DNA of 47,351 nt from Armatimonadota bacterium (GCA_039679675.1 JBDKUN010000058.1:1-47351); one strand, 5' to 3'; positions 19,180-28,921 are shown, counted from the first letter of the stretch. Numbers and translations are program-made. Notes: a model not told the origin generated them from the letters alone.

Positions 19180-20255
19180 AAGTCTTTGTACTAACAATGA
19201 GCCGCAGAGGGTTATGTCATGTGGCTGCACAGTTGGTAGATTCCCTGGCAGTTCATTGTGATGCTACTCTAATTGCGCCAAACGGAACAGCAGACTATGT
19301 GGAACGAGGAAGAGCGATTGAAATCGATTTGCCATTCAGAAGATGGAACCCGCTTTATGCATTCGGGCTGCTTAAAATCATACTGCTGGTTCGCAAATAT
19401 AAGCCGGATATAGTTCATATCCAGGATCTTCATCCACTGTTTTATATTACATCGCTCTTTTTCGGAAAAGCACGCGTCGTCCTGACATTACATGATATAA
19501 ACGAACATCCCGGTGAAGAGCTTTGGTATGCTTCCATTACCAGAAAGATGATGTTCAAGCGTTGCAGCGCAATAGTAATTCATGGGAGGTCACTTCGTGA
19601 TTTATTCGTATCCAGATATCCGGATATTGAGAATAAGCTGTATGTGCTATATCATCCCGTAAATAGAGTCTTTGATAAATGGCGTAGCGACGGAGTACAG
19701 GAGGAAAAGCAAATCCTGTTCTTCGGGAGAATAGTGAAGTATAAAGGACTGGATATATTACTGAAGTCTGTTCCTATGCTTCGAAAAGCATTGCCTGATT
19801 ATAAAGTTATAGTTGCAGGGAGCGGAGATATTTCCGAATACACTGATCTTCTGAAGGAATGCGGAGACTATGTGGTAGTCGATAACAGACAAATTCCTGA
19901 TGATGTGGTAGCCCGGTATTACCAAAAGGCCGAAATCATTGCTATGCCCTACATCGAGGCTTCCCAGAGCGGTATTCTTGCTACAGCATATGCATTTCAG
20001 AAGCCGGTTGTCGTTACGAAGGTCGGAAGCCTGCCGGAAGTTGTAGACGACGGCAAAACCGGCCTGTTAATTGAACCTAATGACCCTGTGGCACTTGCTG
20101 AGGCAATTATAAAGCTTGCTTCCAATAAAGAACTCAGAGAAAAGATGAAAATCGCGGTCCGGCACAAAGTCGAGAAAGATTTAAGCTGGGAAGCAGCTGC
20201 ACAACGATTGTTCGGGATGTATCAAGCAATAATTGAAGGAAATTTTCCAAGGTAG
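19176..20255 (+). CDS. Glycosyltransferase family 4
   Basis: FGRIVKYKG, PYIEASQSGI, GSLPEVV; ATGA overlap with the upstream stop. Confidence 0.9.
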   Translation: MKVFVLTMSRRGLCHVAAQLVDSLAVHCDATLIAPNGTADYVERGRAIEIDLPFRRWNPLYAFGLLKIILLVRKYKPDIVHIQDLHPLFYITSLFFGKARVVLTLHDINEHPGEELWYASITRKMMFKRCSAIVIHGRSLRDLFVSRYPDIENKLYVLYHPVNRVFDKWRSDGVQEEKQILFFGRIVKYKGLDILLKSVPMLRKALPDYKVIVAGSGDISEYTDLLKECGDYVVVDNRQIPDDVVARYYQKAEIIAMPYIEASQSGILATAYAFQKPVVVTKVGSLPEVVDDGKTGLLIEPNDPVALAEAIIKLASNKELREKMKIAVRHKVEKDLSWEAAAQRLFGMYQAIIEGNFPR

Positions 20256-20260
20256 TCTTT

Positions 20261-21496
20261 ATGAATATTCTTCTCTGTAACAAATTCTACCGGCCGTTCG
20301 GAGGTCCTGAGACTATACTCTTCGACTGCGCAAGAGAGTTTACCGCGCGTGGACATAATGTAATTCCTTTTGCAATGTCGCACCCGGACAATGTGGAGTC
20401 GCCTTATTCGAACTACTTCGTGTCGAATGTCGATTACAATAAAAAAGGCTCAAAAAGCATCAAAAAGCTCTTTAAAGAAGCTGCTGATCTGGTCTACTCA
20501 AAAGATGCTCGTGTTCAGATCGAAAAACTCATCGCTGCTTCACATCCTGATGTCGCGCACGCCCACAACATATATCATCAACTATCGCCATCCATACTTG
20601 TCGCTCTGAAAAAAGCCGGTGTACCGACATTACTGACATTTCATGACTACAAACCACTATGCGCGAATATGAACCTTCTGACACACGGAAAACTGTGCGA
20701 AAAGTGCGCGGGACGAAGATTCTACCACGCCGTGCGGAATAAATGTGTAAAAGATTCCTATGTAAACAGCATGTTGTGCTTTATCGAAGAGACTCTGCAC
20801 AGATGGATTGGAACCTATGAACGCAACGTCGATCTTTTCATCTCCCCCAGTAGATTTCTGAAGGATATGCTGGTAAAATACGGGCGGATACCGGAACGTC
20901 AGATAAGGGTGCTCCCAAATTACGCAAATACAAAGTCTGTCGTTCCGAATTTTACTCCAGGCAGCTACGGACTGTTTGTCGGCAAGATCGAAACGTTCAA
21001 AGGTGTAGGCACATTGATCGAGGCCGCCAAGCAATTACCCGATTTTGAGATACGGCTGGCCGGCCGTGGGCCATACCTTGAGGAATGCCAGGCGAAAGTG
21101 ACCGACAGCGGACAGCAAAACGTCAACTTTCTGGGTTTCCAGACAGGCGACAACCTGTTCAGGCAGCTTGAGGAATCGCGATTTGTGATTGTTCCGTCCG
21201 AATGGTATGAGAACTGTCCGATGGTCGTATTGGAAGCTCTTGCCGCCGGAAAGCCTGTAATAGCATCCAAGATCGGCGGAATTCCGGAACTCGTGAACCA
21301 TGGCACGGATGGACTTCTTTTTGAGCCAGGGAACGTCGATGAACTTGCACAGTGTATGAAAACACTCATAGACGATCCTGATAAAGCATCCGAGATGGGT
21401 CTAGCGGGCCGAAAAAAAGTTGAACAGCATTACTCGATAGAGAATTACATTAGCTCGACTCTGAACTTATATACTGAATTAATCAATAGAAAATGA
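20261..21496 (+). CDS. Glycosyltransferase family 4 with Cys-rich insert
   Basis: HNIYHQLSPS, HDYKPLC...CEKC...C, PSEWYENCPMVVLEA. Confidence 0.9.
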   Translation: MNILLCNKFYRPFGGPETILFDCAREFTARGHNVIPFAMSHPDNVESPYSNYFVSNVDYNKKGSKSIKKLFKEAADLVYSKDARVQIEKLIAASHPDVAHAHNIYHQLSPSILVALKKAGVPTLLTFHDYKPLCANMNLLTHGKLCEKCAGRRFYHAVRNKCVKDSYVNSMLCFIEETLHRWIGTYERNVDLFISPSRFLKDMLVKYGRIPERQIRVLPNYANTKSVVPNFTPGSYGLFVGKIETFKGVGTLIEAAKQLPDFEIRLAGRGPYLEECQAKVTDSGQQNVNFLGFQTGDNLFRQLEESRFVIVPSEWYENCPMVVLEALAAGKPVIASKIGGIPELVNHGTDGLLFEPGNVDELAQCMKTLIDDPDKASEMGLAGRKKVEQHYSIENYISSTLNLYTELINRK

Positions 21497-23442
21497 TGCT
21501 GACAATACCCGAAAAGATATTTGGTATATATTTTCGATTGGCGCTCTCTTTTGTTCTGGCGTTGGGGTGCAGCACACTTACACAGAGTAAACCACTGGCT
21601 TCGATATATATTGATACCAATAAAACCATTGGGAAAGTTAGTCCACTGCTGCTTGGGAACAATATCCTTGTATCTCGGAATGCCGGAGGCCTTTTAAGCA
21701 CGGACTCCGGGGTATACAACTCCTACGCTTTAGCAAAATTCAAAGAACTAAAGATAAGTTTGCTGCGTTTCCCCGGAGGCGGACGTGCAGATGAATATCA
21801 CTGGCGGCAGGGAATCGGTCCAAGCTACAAAAGGCCAAACCTGAGCGATCAATTCGGACCACTGGCGAACTACAACTTCGGCACTGATGAGTTTCTCAGT
21901 TTCTGCAAGCAGATTGGCTGCGGTGAACAGCTTATTACTGTCAATATCGTCTCCGGCACAGCACAGGAAGCCGCAAACTGGGTCGAATACTGCAATTCAG
22001 CCGTCCCTGCAAACCCGAATTCCGAGTGGAAAGTTGATTCTTACGGAGGAAGAGACAAAGCCCCAAAAGGTTATTTTGCGTGGTTAAGGGAACAATACGG
22101 CCACAGAGAGCCATATGGTGTCAAATATTGGGAAATCGGCAATGAGCCTTATTTATTCAGACCTCAGATGGCACCTCAACAGTATTCCGATATAGTCACA
22201 AAGTTCTCCTCGGCAATGAAGAAAGTAGATCCCAATATAACTGTCGGAGCAGTTCTGCCTGGAATAGATTATAACAGCCGCTGGCGGCGAACACTGCTCG
22301 AAACTGCCTCCAACAACTTCGACTTTTGGGCATTACACTATTACACAACGCTTAAAGGGCTGCCTCCGGTTATGGCGTATTATGCCAACGCGTCACACAC
22401 ACGCAAAGTTAAGGTTGATAAGCCTGGAAACTATGCAATAACTGTAACAGCCAATGGGACGATGTGCGAAGGGGTTGGAGCTTTCATTGATTTAAGTATC
22501 GACAATAAAGTTATACATACATTTACTGTCAGCAGCACTGATTATCAAACTTATAGCTACACCTGTCGCTTGAATAAAGGGACACATAACGTCTCACTGG
22601 CCTTCACAAACGACAAGGTAATAGGCAGAGAAGACAGGAATGCATTCATATCCAGTGTAAAGATTGCCCCAACGGATTTCGAAGGTCAAAAACAGGAACT
22701 CTGGTTCCCAGGTGACTCCGAGATGGAGATACTTGAATCAGAAGGCAAACGTTTCGAACAGCGTATCGAAGAGATTAGAAATGACAGTGCCTCAGCCCAT
22801 GCAAAAGGATCCATTCCCATCATGATTACAGAAGGCAATATGGGCTATATGAGCAAGAATGGAGATGCATATACACGCCGACTGAAAGCAGCGTTATGGG
22901 TTGCTGGCTTAATCAATGCAATGGCCCGCGAACAAATCACTGCATATTGCCACTGGAACCTTATCGATAAAGGCCCATGGGGAACAATCCGCACAAATCC
23001 TGATTATGTAACCCCTTCATATTATGCATTGCAATTATATTCTCAGTATTTACACTCTAGAACAGTTAGTGTTAAGATCAGTATGGAAATGTTCCATGTC
23101 CCGTCGCTTGCTCCATCAGAACCCGACTTCGGGATGATACCATATGTCGATGCAATTGCAACTGTGGATGACAACAACCACTCGTTGAGTGTTATCGCAA
23201 TAAACTGGCATTCGTCCGCTGTCAAATCGCGGATGCGTATAGATGACGCTCAATTTAGCGTTAAGTACAAAGCGTCTGTTCTATATACCGAGGACAAGCG
23301 CGGGGCAGATGCAGACAACGATCCTGGTAGTATTGGCATCCGCATGCGTACAGCGAAAGGGGTTGTCAAAAACGGCAGTTTCGAATACGAATTACCCGGA
23401 TATTCCATCAGCGCGTTCGAGATACCTTTTCAGAAGAAATAA
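21493..23442 (+). CDS. GH51-like (alpha-L-arabinofuranosidase-like, clan GH-A) hydrolase with CBM60-like insert, probable lipoprotein
   Basis: LRFPGG..ADEYHW, FGTDEF, AANWVEYCN, WEIGNE (acid/base), ITEGN (nucleophile); FTND...DRN insert; LALGC lipobox. Confidence 0.78.
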   Translation: MMLTIPEKIFGIYFRLALSFVLALGCSTLTQSKPLASIYIDTNKTIGKVSPLLLGNNILVSRNAGGLLSTDSGVYNSYALAKFKELKISLLRFPGGGRADEYHWRQGIGPSYKRPNLSDQFGPLANYNFGTDEFLSFCKQIGCGEQLITVNIVSGTAQEAANWVEYCNSAVPANPNSEWKVDSYGGRDKAPKGYFAWLREQYGHREPYGVKYWEIGNEPYLFRPQMAPQQYSDIVTKFSSAMKKVDPNITVGAVLPGIDYNSRWRRTLLETASNNFDFWALHYYTTLKGLPPVMAYYANASHTRKVKVDKPGNYAITVTANGTMCEGVGAFIDLSIDNKVIHTFTVSSTDYQTYSYTCRLNKGTHNVSLAFTNDKVIGREDRNAFISSVKIAPTDFEGQKQELWFPGDSEMEILESEGKRFEQRIEEIRNDSASAHAKGSIPIMITEGNMGYMSKNGDAYTRRLKAALWVAGLINAMAREQITAYCHWNLIDKGPWGTIRTNPDYVTPSYYALQLYSQYLHSRTVSVKISMEMFHVPSLAPSEPDFGMIPYVDAIATVDDNNHSLSVIAINWHSSAVKSRMRIDDAQFSVKYKASVLYTEDKRGADADNDPGSIGIRMRTAKGVVKNGSFEYELPGYSISAFEIPFQKK

Positions 23443-23515
23443 AACATGTTCTGCCATTCCGGCCTGATTCAGAAGGTCAGCTTTGGCCCATACCCTTTCA
23501 GGAGAATAACACAGA

Positions 23516-24820
23516 ATGAAATTAGCTATTATAGGAACCGGTTACGTAGGTCTGGTCAGTGGGGCGTGCTTATCCGAATTCGGGCATACAGTTATGTGTG
23601 TTGATACAGATGAGCATCGGATCTCAGCACTTAACGCAGGTGAGATACCGATATATGAACCTGGCCTCCGCGAACTGGTTTTGAATAATAGCACGAAGAA
23701 GCGGCTTCAATTCACCTTGGATATCAGCGATGCGGTACCTTCCGCCGATGCAGTGTTCATCGCTGTCGGAACTCCGACATCAAGGCGTGGAGATGGATAT
23801 GCTGACATGTCATATGTCTATGGCGCTGCAAAGGACATCGCATCAAACCTGTCGGGCTATACCGTTATCGTGAATAAAAGCACGGTCCCTGTAGGCACGG
23901 CAAAGCAGGTTGCCCGGATTATCAAAGAGACCAATCCCGACGCTGATTTCGATGTAGTATCCAACCCGGAATTTCTCCGCGAGGGAGCCGCAATCGATGA
24001 TTTCATGCACCCGGACAGGGTCGTAATCGGCCGCGAGTCCGACCGTGCTGCCGAAGTGATGATGCAGATTTATAAACCGCTCTATCTCCTGGAGCGGCCG
24101 TTCGTAGTCACGAACCTGGAAACGGCTGAACTTATAAAATATTCGGCAAATGCATTTCTTGCGACTAAAATCAGCTTCATAAATGAAATATCCAGCCTCT
24201 GTGAGGCTGTCGGAGCCGATGTGACTGATGTCGCTCGCGGTATCGGGCTCGATGGCCGTATAGGCAAAAAATTCCTTCATGCCGGTCCCGGTTATGGCGG
24301 TTCCTGCTTTCCCAAAGACACCCGTGCGCTCCTCAGGATCGGGCAGGAACACGGAGCCGCTATGAGGATCGTCGAAACGACTGTCGAAGTCAATGAAGCT
24401 CAGAAAGCGCGGATGGTACATAAGATCCGCAAAGCGCTTGGCGGATCGGTGGCAGGCAAAACAATCGGCATCCTGGGCCTCAGCTTCAAGCCTGAGACTG
24501 ATGATATGAGGGAAGCCCCTTCTCTGACAATAATACCGAGGCTTATCGAAAATGGTGCGCGAGTCAAAGTGCACGATCCTGTCAGTATGAGTACCGCAGC
24601 CCAACTGCTTCCCGGCGTTCAGTTCGTAGAAGACGAATATTCCGCAGCCGAAGAAGCCGATGCACTTGTTCTGTTGACTGAGTGGAATCAGTACAGGGCT
24701 CTCGACCTTACCAAGGTCAAAAACTCTATGAATAACCCGGTTTTCATAGACCTTAGAAACGTCTATGAACCTGTTCAAATGACTGCGATCGGCTTCCGGT
24801 ATTTCTCGATTGGCCGCTAA
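23516..24820 (+). CDS. ugd: UDP-glucose 6-dehydrogenase
   Basis: IGTGYVG, AVGTP, KSTVPVGT, SNPEFLREG, GYGGSCFPKD. Confidence 0.96.
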   Translation: MKLAIIGTGYVGLVSGACLSEFGHTVMCVDTDEHRISALNAGEIPIYEPGLRELVLNNSTKKRLQFTLDISDAVPSADAVFIAVGTPTSRRGDGYADMSYVYGAAKDIASNLSGYTVIVNKSTVPVGTAKQVARIIKETNPDADFDVVSNPEFLREGAAIDDFMHPDRVVIGRESDRAAEVMMQIYKPLYLLERPFVVTNLETAELIKYSANAFLATKISFINEISSLCEAVGADVTDVARGIGLDGRIGKKFLHAGPGYGGSCFPKDTRALLRIGQEHGAAMRIVETTVEVNEAQKARMVHKIRKALGGSVAGKTIGILGLSFKPETDDMREAPSLTIIPRLIENGARVKVHDPVSMSTAAQLLPGVQFVEDEYSAAEEADALVLLTEWNQYRALDLTKVKNSMNNPVFIDLRNVYEPVQMTAIGFRYFSIGR

Positions 24821-24910
24821 AGAGTATTGTTCGCTTCATGAATAAAGGCTCTGGCTACTAGACATTGCCACAATAAACAACGTGGTTTATTTTCGCAATC
24901 CGGAGATATT

Positions 24911-25600
24911 ATGAATCAAAGAGTGCTACTAATCGAAGATGAGGCCCCAATTGCGGATTCCATCGAATATTCACTTAAAAAAGATGGGTTTGATGCAATA
25001 ATTGCCCGTGATGGAATTGCGGGACTTACCGCTGCAAGAAACATATTTCCGAGCATTATAATACTCGACCTGATGCTGCCTGATATTTCAGGTATGGACC
25101 TCTGCCGCATTCTTCGCAAGGAGAACAACGCCCCTATCATCATTTTGACAGCCAAAACCGATGAAGTGGACCGCATCATGGGGCTTGAACTTGGTGCGGA
25201 TGATTATATTACAAAACCATTCAGCGCTCGCGAGCTTATAGCACGCATCCGCGCGGTCCTAAGAAGATCCAGAAACACACTTACCGAGGATAGCAAGACA
25301 AGATTAACTGCAGGTGATATTGTTATGGACATACCAAAAAGAAGTGTGTCCATTGGAAACATCCAAATACATCTGCCCTTGAAACAATTCGAACTCCTCA
25401 AGGTTTTTATGGCACACCCCGACGAGGTACTTACGCGAAACTTCCTGTTCCAAACCATCTGGAACAGTGATTCAGCGTACGACACCGGCACACTCGATGT
25501 CCATATCCGGTGGCTTAGAGAAAAGATAGAAAAAGACCCTGCAAAACCGAATTATATTCGGACAATCCGCAGAGTAGGCTATAAGTTCGTCGCCGGATGA
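24911..25600 (+). CDS. OmpR/PhoB-family response regulator
   Basis: IEDE, LDLMLP, GADDYITKPF, LDVHIRWLREKIE, IRTIRRVGY. Confidence 0.95.
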   Translation: MNQRVLLIEDEAPIADSIEYSLKKDGFDAIIARDGIAGLTAARNIFPSIIILDLMLPDISGMDLCRILRKENNAPIIILTAKTDEVDRIMGLELGADDYITKPFSARELIARIRAVLRRSRNTLTEDSKTRLTAGDIVMDIPKRSVSIGNIQIHLPLKQFELLKVFMAHPDEVLTRNFLFQTIWNSDSAYDTGTLDVHIRWLREKIEKDPAKPNYIRTIRRVGYKFVAG

Positions 25601-25603
25601 AGA

Positions 25604-26413
25604 ATGCTAAAAAAAGATACTAAACTACATAGAATCCTGCCTGCAAATCCGGCAGTAGATCATACTGTTGCTCCCGATGAGCCTGTAGTGTTTCAGGATC
25701 TGAATGACACCCGCAGCCGCGAGGACGCGCAAAAGGAGTTCCTGGACAATATAGGCCATGAACTGCGTACTCCGCTTACTGCTATAAGACTGACGGCAGA
25801 GGTGCTTCTATCGGGAGCAAAAGATGACCCTGAGCTTCTGAACATGTTCCTTAGAAACCTCGCGAAGGAAAGTGAGCGGCTGTCACTTCTAATCGATGAT
25901 CTGCTCGAGATAGCTAAGGGTGTCAGCCGAAGCCGGAAGCTGCGAGTGACAAACGTCGATATAAACTCACTTGTATCAAGAGTAACCAATTTCAACACAA
26001 GCAAAGCTGTGGATAACCATGTCACGCTTATCATCAATACGACAGGCAACCCTGTTGTTCATGCAGACGAGCAACAGGTAGAGCAGGTATTGGATAATCT
26101 TCTGAGAAATGCGATAAAGTATACCCCGGAGGGCGGCATGGTGACGATAAGCGCCGCGGAAGACAATGATTCCGTCTCGCTCATCGTTTTCGATACCGGC
26201 ATTGGGATCCCTGAGAACGAGATTCCGAAGATTTTCGAGCGGTTTTATAGAGTCGACAAAGCCCACTCACGAAGGATCGGAGGCACAGGACTGGGACTCG
26301 CGATAGTAAAGGACATCATGGACGCACACAACGGGACTATTACAGTCGAAACCGAGCTCGGTAGAGGAAGCACATTCACGGTTTCTTTCCCCAAGAACGT
26401 ATCCGGTCAGTGA
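25604..26413 (+). CDS. Histidine kinase (HisKA + HATPase_c only; PhoR-like, no sensor or TM domain)
   Basis: HELRTPLT, NLLRNAIKY, DTGIGI, FERFYRVDK, GTGLGL; only about 50 aa precede the H-box. Confidence 0.9.
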   Translation: MLKKDTKLHRILPANPAVDHTVAPDEPVVFQDLNDTRSREDAQKEFLDNIGHELRTPLTAIRLTAEVLLSGAKDDPELLNMFLRNLAKESERLSLLIDDLLEIAKGVSRSRKLRVTNVDINSLVSRVTNFNTSKAVDNHVTLIINTTGNPVVHADEQQVEQVLDNLLRNAIKYTPEGGMVTISAAEDNDSVSLIVFDTGIGIPENEIPKIFERFYRVDKAHSRRIGGTGLGLAIVKDIMDAHNGTITVETELGRGSTFTVSFPKNVSGQ

Positions 26414-27777
26414 ATCCGGTAGTAAGCTGCGATTCCGTGAAGCACGCTCAGATTTGCCGCAAACAGCCCAATAATCAGGAGTATTCCCAGTACGGCGTTA
26501 ACTCCTGACTGCACTGTTTCATACTTTACTGGTTTCATACTGTTAGTAATCCGCATTATAATCGCCGTGATAGGCCGGCTGATCAGCGTGTAAAACGCAA
26601 CAATCACGGCTACGGACAGTATCCCGGCAGCAGGTAAAAGCAACCTGCCCTGCTGGAGAGCCCCCTGGTCTACCCAGAGTGTATGTCTGAATAGAAAGAT
26701 GTGAATCAATATCCCCGGCAGCGCCATAAATGTCCAGACATCCTCCCGGCAGTCGAATTCGGTCGATTTAGAGCGCCTGCTATTCCGCAGGTGAACCAGA
26801 ACCCCGATCAAAACGAATACGCAGAATACCATCAGGAGTTTTTGATACCACATCACATCTATGAACCCGGAAATCAACCAGAACGGGGTCCAGAAGTAGT
26901 CAAAAAGCTGTGTCGTGACCAGTTGGACTATAAATATCCGTCCGGCGAGCCCCAGGCTGGCGTTCGATAAGTCCATGGGATTGTATAATGACTGCGTTAT
27001 GAACGAGCCGCACACGTATCTGTTCCGAATAAACCATGCGGAGCTTACCAGACCGGCAAACAGTATTGCAATCACTGCATTTCCTACTGTCGTAACCGAA
27101 TTCCCCCACCCTTTGCGTTTCGCTATGATCAGTGCGGCTATCGCGGCCAGAGGAAGAAGGAACAGTCCCTGTGATTTGGTGAGAATCGCAAGCCCGGAAA
27201 CTGCTCCGATCTGCAATGCTGCCTTTCTGCTGATGCATCCGCGCTTAATCGATTTGATTATCAGCCATAGCGCCGCAGTAAAGAGCAGCGAGACCAATGC
27301 GTCGTTATTTACTACGCCGCCGATGTACGTCGATAGAGGCATCAGTCCCACGCACGCCGCGCCAAGAACAGCGAAGTATCTGTTCTTGCGGAAAAACTCA
27401 CTCGAAAGCCTGTAAAGAAAATAAACCCATCCTGCGCCGGTAAGCGTGGTAAACAAACGGACAATAAGCCAGGAAGTGTCTATACCGGCTCCAAATAGAC
27501 GCGAAATGGAATACGGCACAGCCGCAAGAGCATAATAGAGCGGCGGTTGATGCGCCTCATGGCTTGAATGAAGTGATATTTCGTGTGTTTCCACATGCGA
27601 CAGTTCAGGTAACCTGAGATGCTCACCTATCTCACGCACGTAAATAAAATGCGCCGGTTCATCCGGGCCGCAGCGCAGCTTCGTCACCAATGCCGACGCG
27701 ACAGACAGCGCTATGTACACCAGGATCAAGGCGATTATTGCAGATTTTGAGTAGTACCGACTATGTTTTTTATTCAC
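26407..27777 (-). CDS. GT-C fold membrane glycosyltransferase (GT39/DUF2142-like)
   Basis: PDEPAH, HQPPLYY, VNND, LAILTK, QGR motifs; multi-TM. Confidence 0.8.
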   Translation of the reverse strand: MNKKHSRYYSKSAIIALILVYIALSVASALVTKLRCGPDEPAHFIYVREIGEHLRLPELSHVETHEISLHSSHEAHQPPLYYALAAVPYSISRLFGAGIDTSWLIVRLFTTLTGAGWVYFLYRLSSEFFRKNRYFAVLGAACVGLMPLSTYIGGVVNNDALVSLLFTAALWLIIKSIKRGCISRKAALQIGAVSGLAILTKSQGLFLLPLAAIAALIIAKRKGWGNSVTTVGNAVIAILFAGLVSSAWFIRNRYVCGSFITQSLYNPMDLSNASLGLAGRIFIVQLVTTQLFDYFWTPFWLISGFIDVMWYQKLLMVFCVFVLIGVLVHLRNSRRSKSTEFDCREDVWTFMALPGILIHIFLFRHTLWVDQGALQQGRLLLPAAGILSVAVIVAFYTLISRPITAIIMRITNSMKPVKYETVQSGVNAVLGILLIIGLFAANLSVLHGIAAYYRIH

Positions 27778-27783
27778 ATTTCG

Positions 27784-27812
27784 AGTATAGCAAAATGGTT
27801 CAGCATTAGCAA
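27784..27812 (-). promoter_or_regulatory. sigma70 promoter giving a leaderless mRNA for the GT-C gene
   Basis: TTGCTA-17 nt-(TGc)TATACT, 6 nt before the GTG start. Confidence 0.6.
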
Positions 27813-27839
27813 TCGGCTGTGAAATTGTGAAATTTTATA

Positions 27840-27868
27840 TTGTGAAATCTATAATATGTTGGTATAAT
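27840..27868 (+). promoter_or_regulatory. sigma70 promoter for the riboswitch-CDF transcript
   Basis: TTGTGA-17 nt-(TGg)TATAAT. Confidence 0.65.
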
Positions 27869-27884
27869 CCCCAATGTAGCAAAT

Positions 27885-27972
27885 CTACTGATCAGGCGGT
27901 CTTACGTATAATTATCCGTAAGGCGGTGCCGGGCTCAGCTTAAGGAGCAGCAGGTCTGACCTGTGGGACTTA
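27885..27972 (+). ncRNA. NiCo (czcD) metal-sensing riboswitch aptamer
   Basis: Conserved blocks ACTGATCAGGC...GCCGGGC...GCAGCAGG...CCTGTGGGAC in the order expected for the four-way junction; located upstream of a CDF transporter. Confidence 0.85.
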
Positions 27973-28000
27973 TAAAAAAGGACCACAGGTCTATTTGTTT
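27958..28000 (+). terminator. Riboswitch expression-platform terminator
   Basis: GACCTGTGG...CCACAGGTC stem plus TATTTGTTT; overlaps the aptamer 3' strand. Confidence 0.8.
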
Positions 28001-28010
28001 GAGGTAGTAA

Positions 28011-28916
28011 ATGAAAACCAAACGCGGCGCAGCAGCACTATCAATTTTATCTAATTCAATTTTGGTCACGCTGAAGCTCATTGTTGGGCTTGTTACAGGC
28101 TCGGTCAGTATTATTTCCGAAGCGATCCACTCCGCCACGGATCTTGCGGCATCGCTTATCGCTTTTTTCTCCGTCAGCGCAGCCGATGTCCCTGCTGATG
28201 ATGAGCATCCATTCGGTCACGGGAAGATAGAGAATATTTCCGGTGTAGTCGAGGCTATCCTGATATTCATCGCAGCCGGATATATACTATATGAAGCGTT
28301 TCTCAAGTTTCGCTCCGGGCGTCAGATCGACACACTACCCGGCATTATAATAATGTTCATCTCAATGACAGCAAACTTCCTCATATCTCTTTGGCTTTTC
28401 AAAGTTTCCGAGAAAACCGATTCTGTCGCGCTTGCGGCTGATGCACATCACCTGCGTATTGATGTCTGGACATCCGCCGGAGTTTTCGCCGGCCTTGTAC
28501 TCATCAAAATTACAGGTCTTTCCATTCTCGACCCCGTCATAGCGGTTGTCGTAGCCGGACTGATATTCAAGGTGGCATATGACCTTACAAAAGAGGCAGG
28601 CGGGCCGCTTGTGGATATCCGGCTTCCCGCAAAAGAAATAAAGATTGTCACCGATATCCTTCATTCTGAACCGAAGATCGTCGCATTTCACAAGCTCCGC
28701 ACCCGTAAATCAGGCGCGTACAGACAAATAGATGTTCATCTCCTTGTGCCCAAAGTAATGAGTATCGGTGATGCTCACGATCTCGCTGAAGAGATAGAGG
28801 ATCGCATACGCGATAAATTCCCCGGAGCACATGTCATCACGCACGTCGAGCCCGATACGGAGGATAATCTGATGGATACGCCGCCGGATGAGCTGGAGAA
28901 CAGAGCGAAGGCATAA
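28011..28916 (+). CDS. Cation diffusion facilitator (CzcD/FieF-like) transporter
   Basis: SEAIHSATD, HPFGHGKIE, DAHHLRID, C-terminal HKLRTR...HVEP domain. Confidence 0.95.
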   Translation: MKTKRGAAALSILSNSILVTLKLIVGLVTGSVSIISEAIHSATDLAASLIAFFSVSAADVPADDEHPFGHGKIENISGVVEAILIFIAAGYILYEAFLKFRSGRQIDTLPGIIIMFISMTANFLISLWLFKVSEKTDSVALAADAHHLRIDVWTSAGVFAGLVLIKITGLSILDPVIAVVVAGLIFKVAYDLTKEAGGPLVDIRLPAKEIKIVTDILHSEPKIVAFHKLRTRKSGAYRQIDVHLLVPKVMSIGDAHDLAEEIEDRIRDKFPGAHVITHVEPDTEDNLMDTPPDELENRAKA

Positions 28917-28921
28917 TTTCT

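Noticed and set aside
23843..24778. 311-aa minus-strand ORF
   Set aside because: Antisense shadow of ugd.
27825..27857. TTGTGAA sequences as full Rex operators
   Set aside because: The inverted half-site TTCACAA is absent; kept only as a direct-repeat observation.
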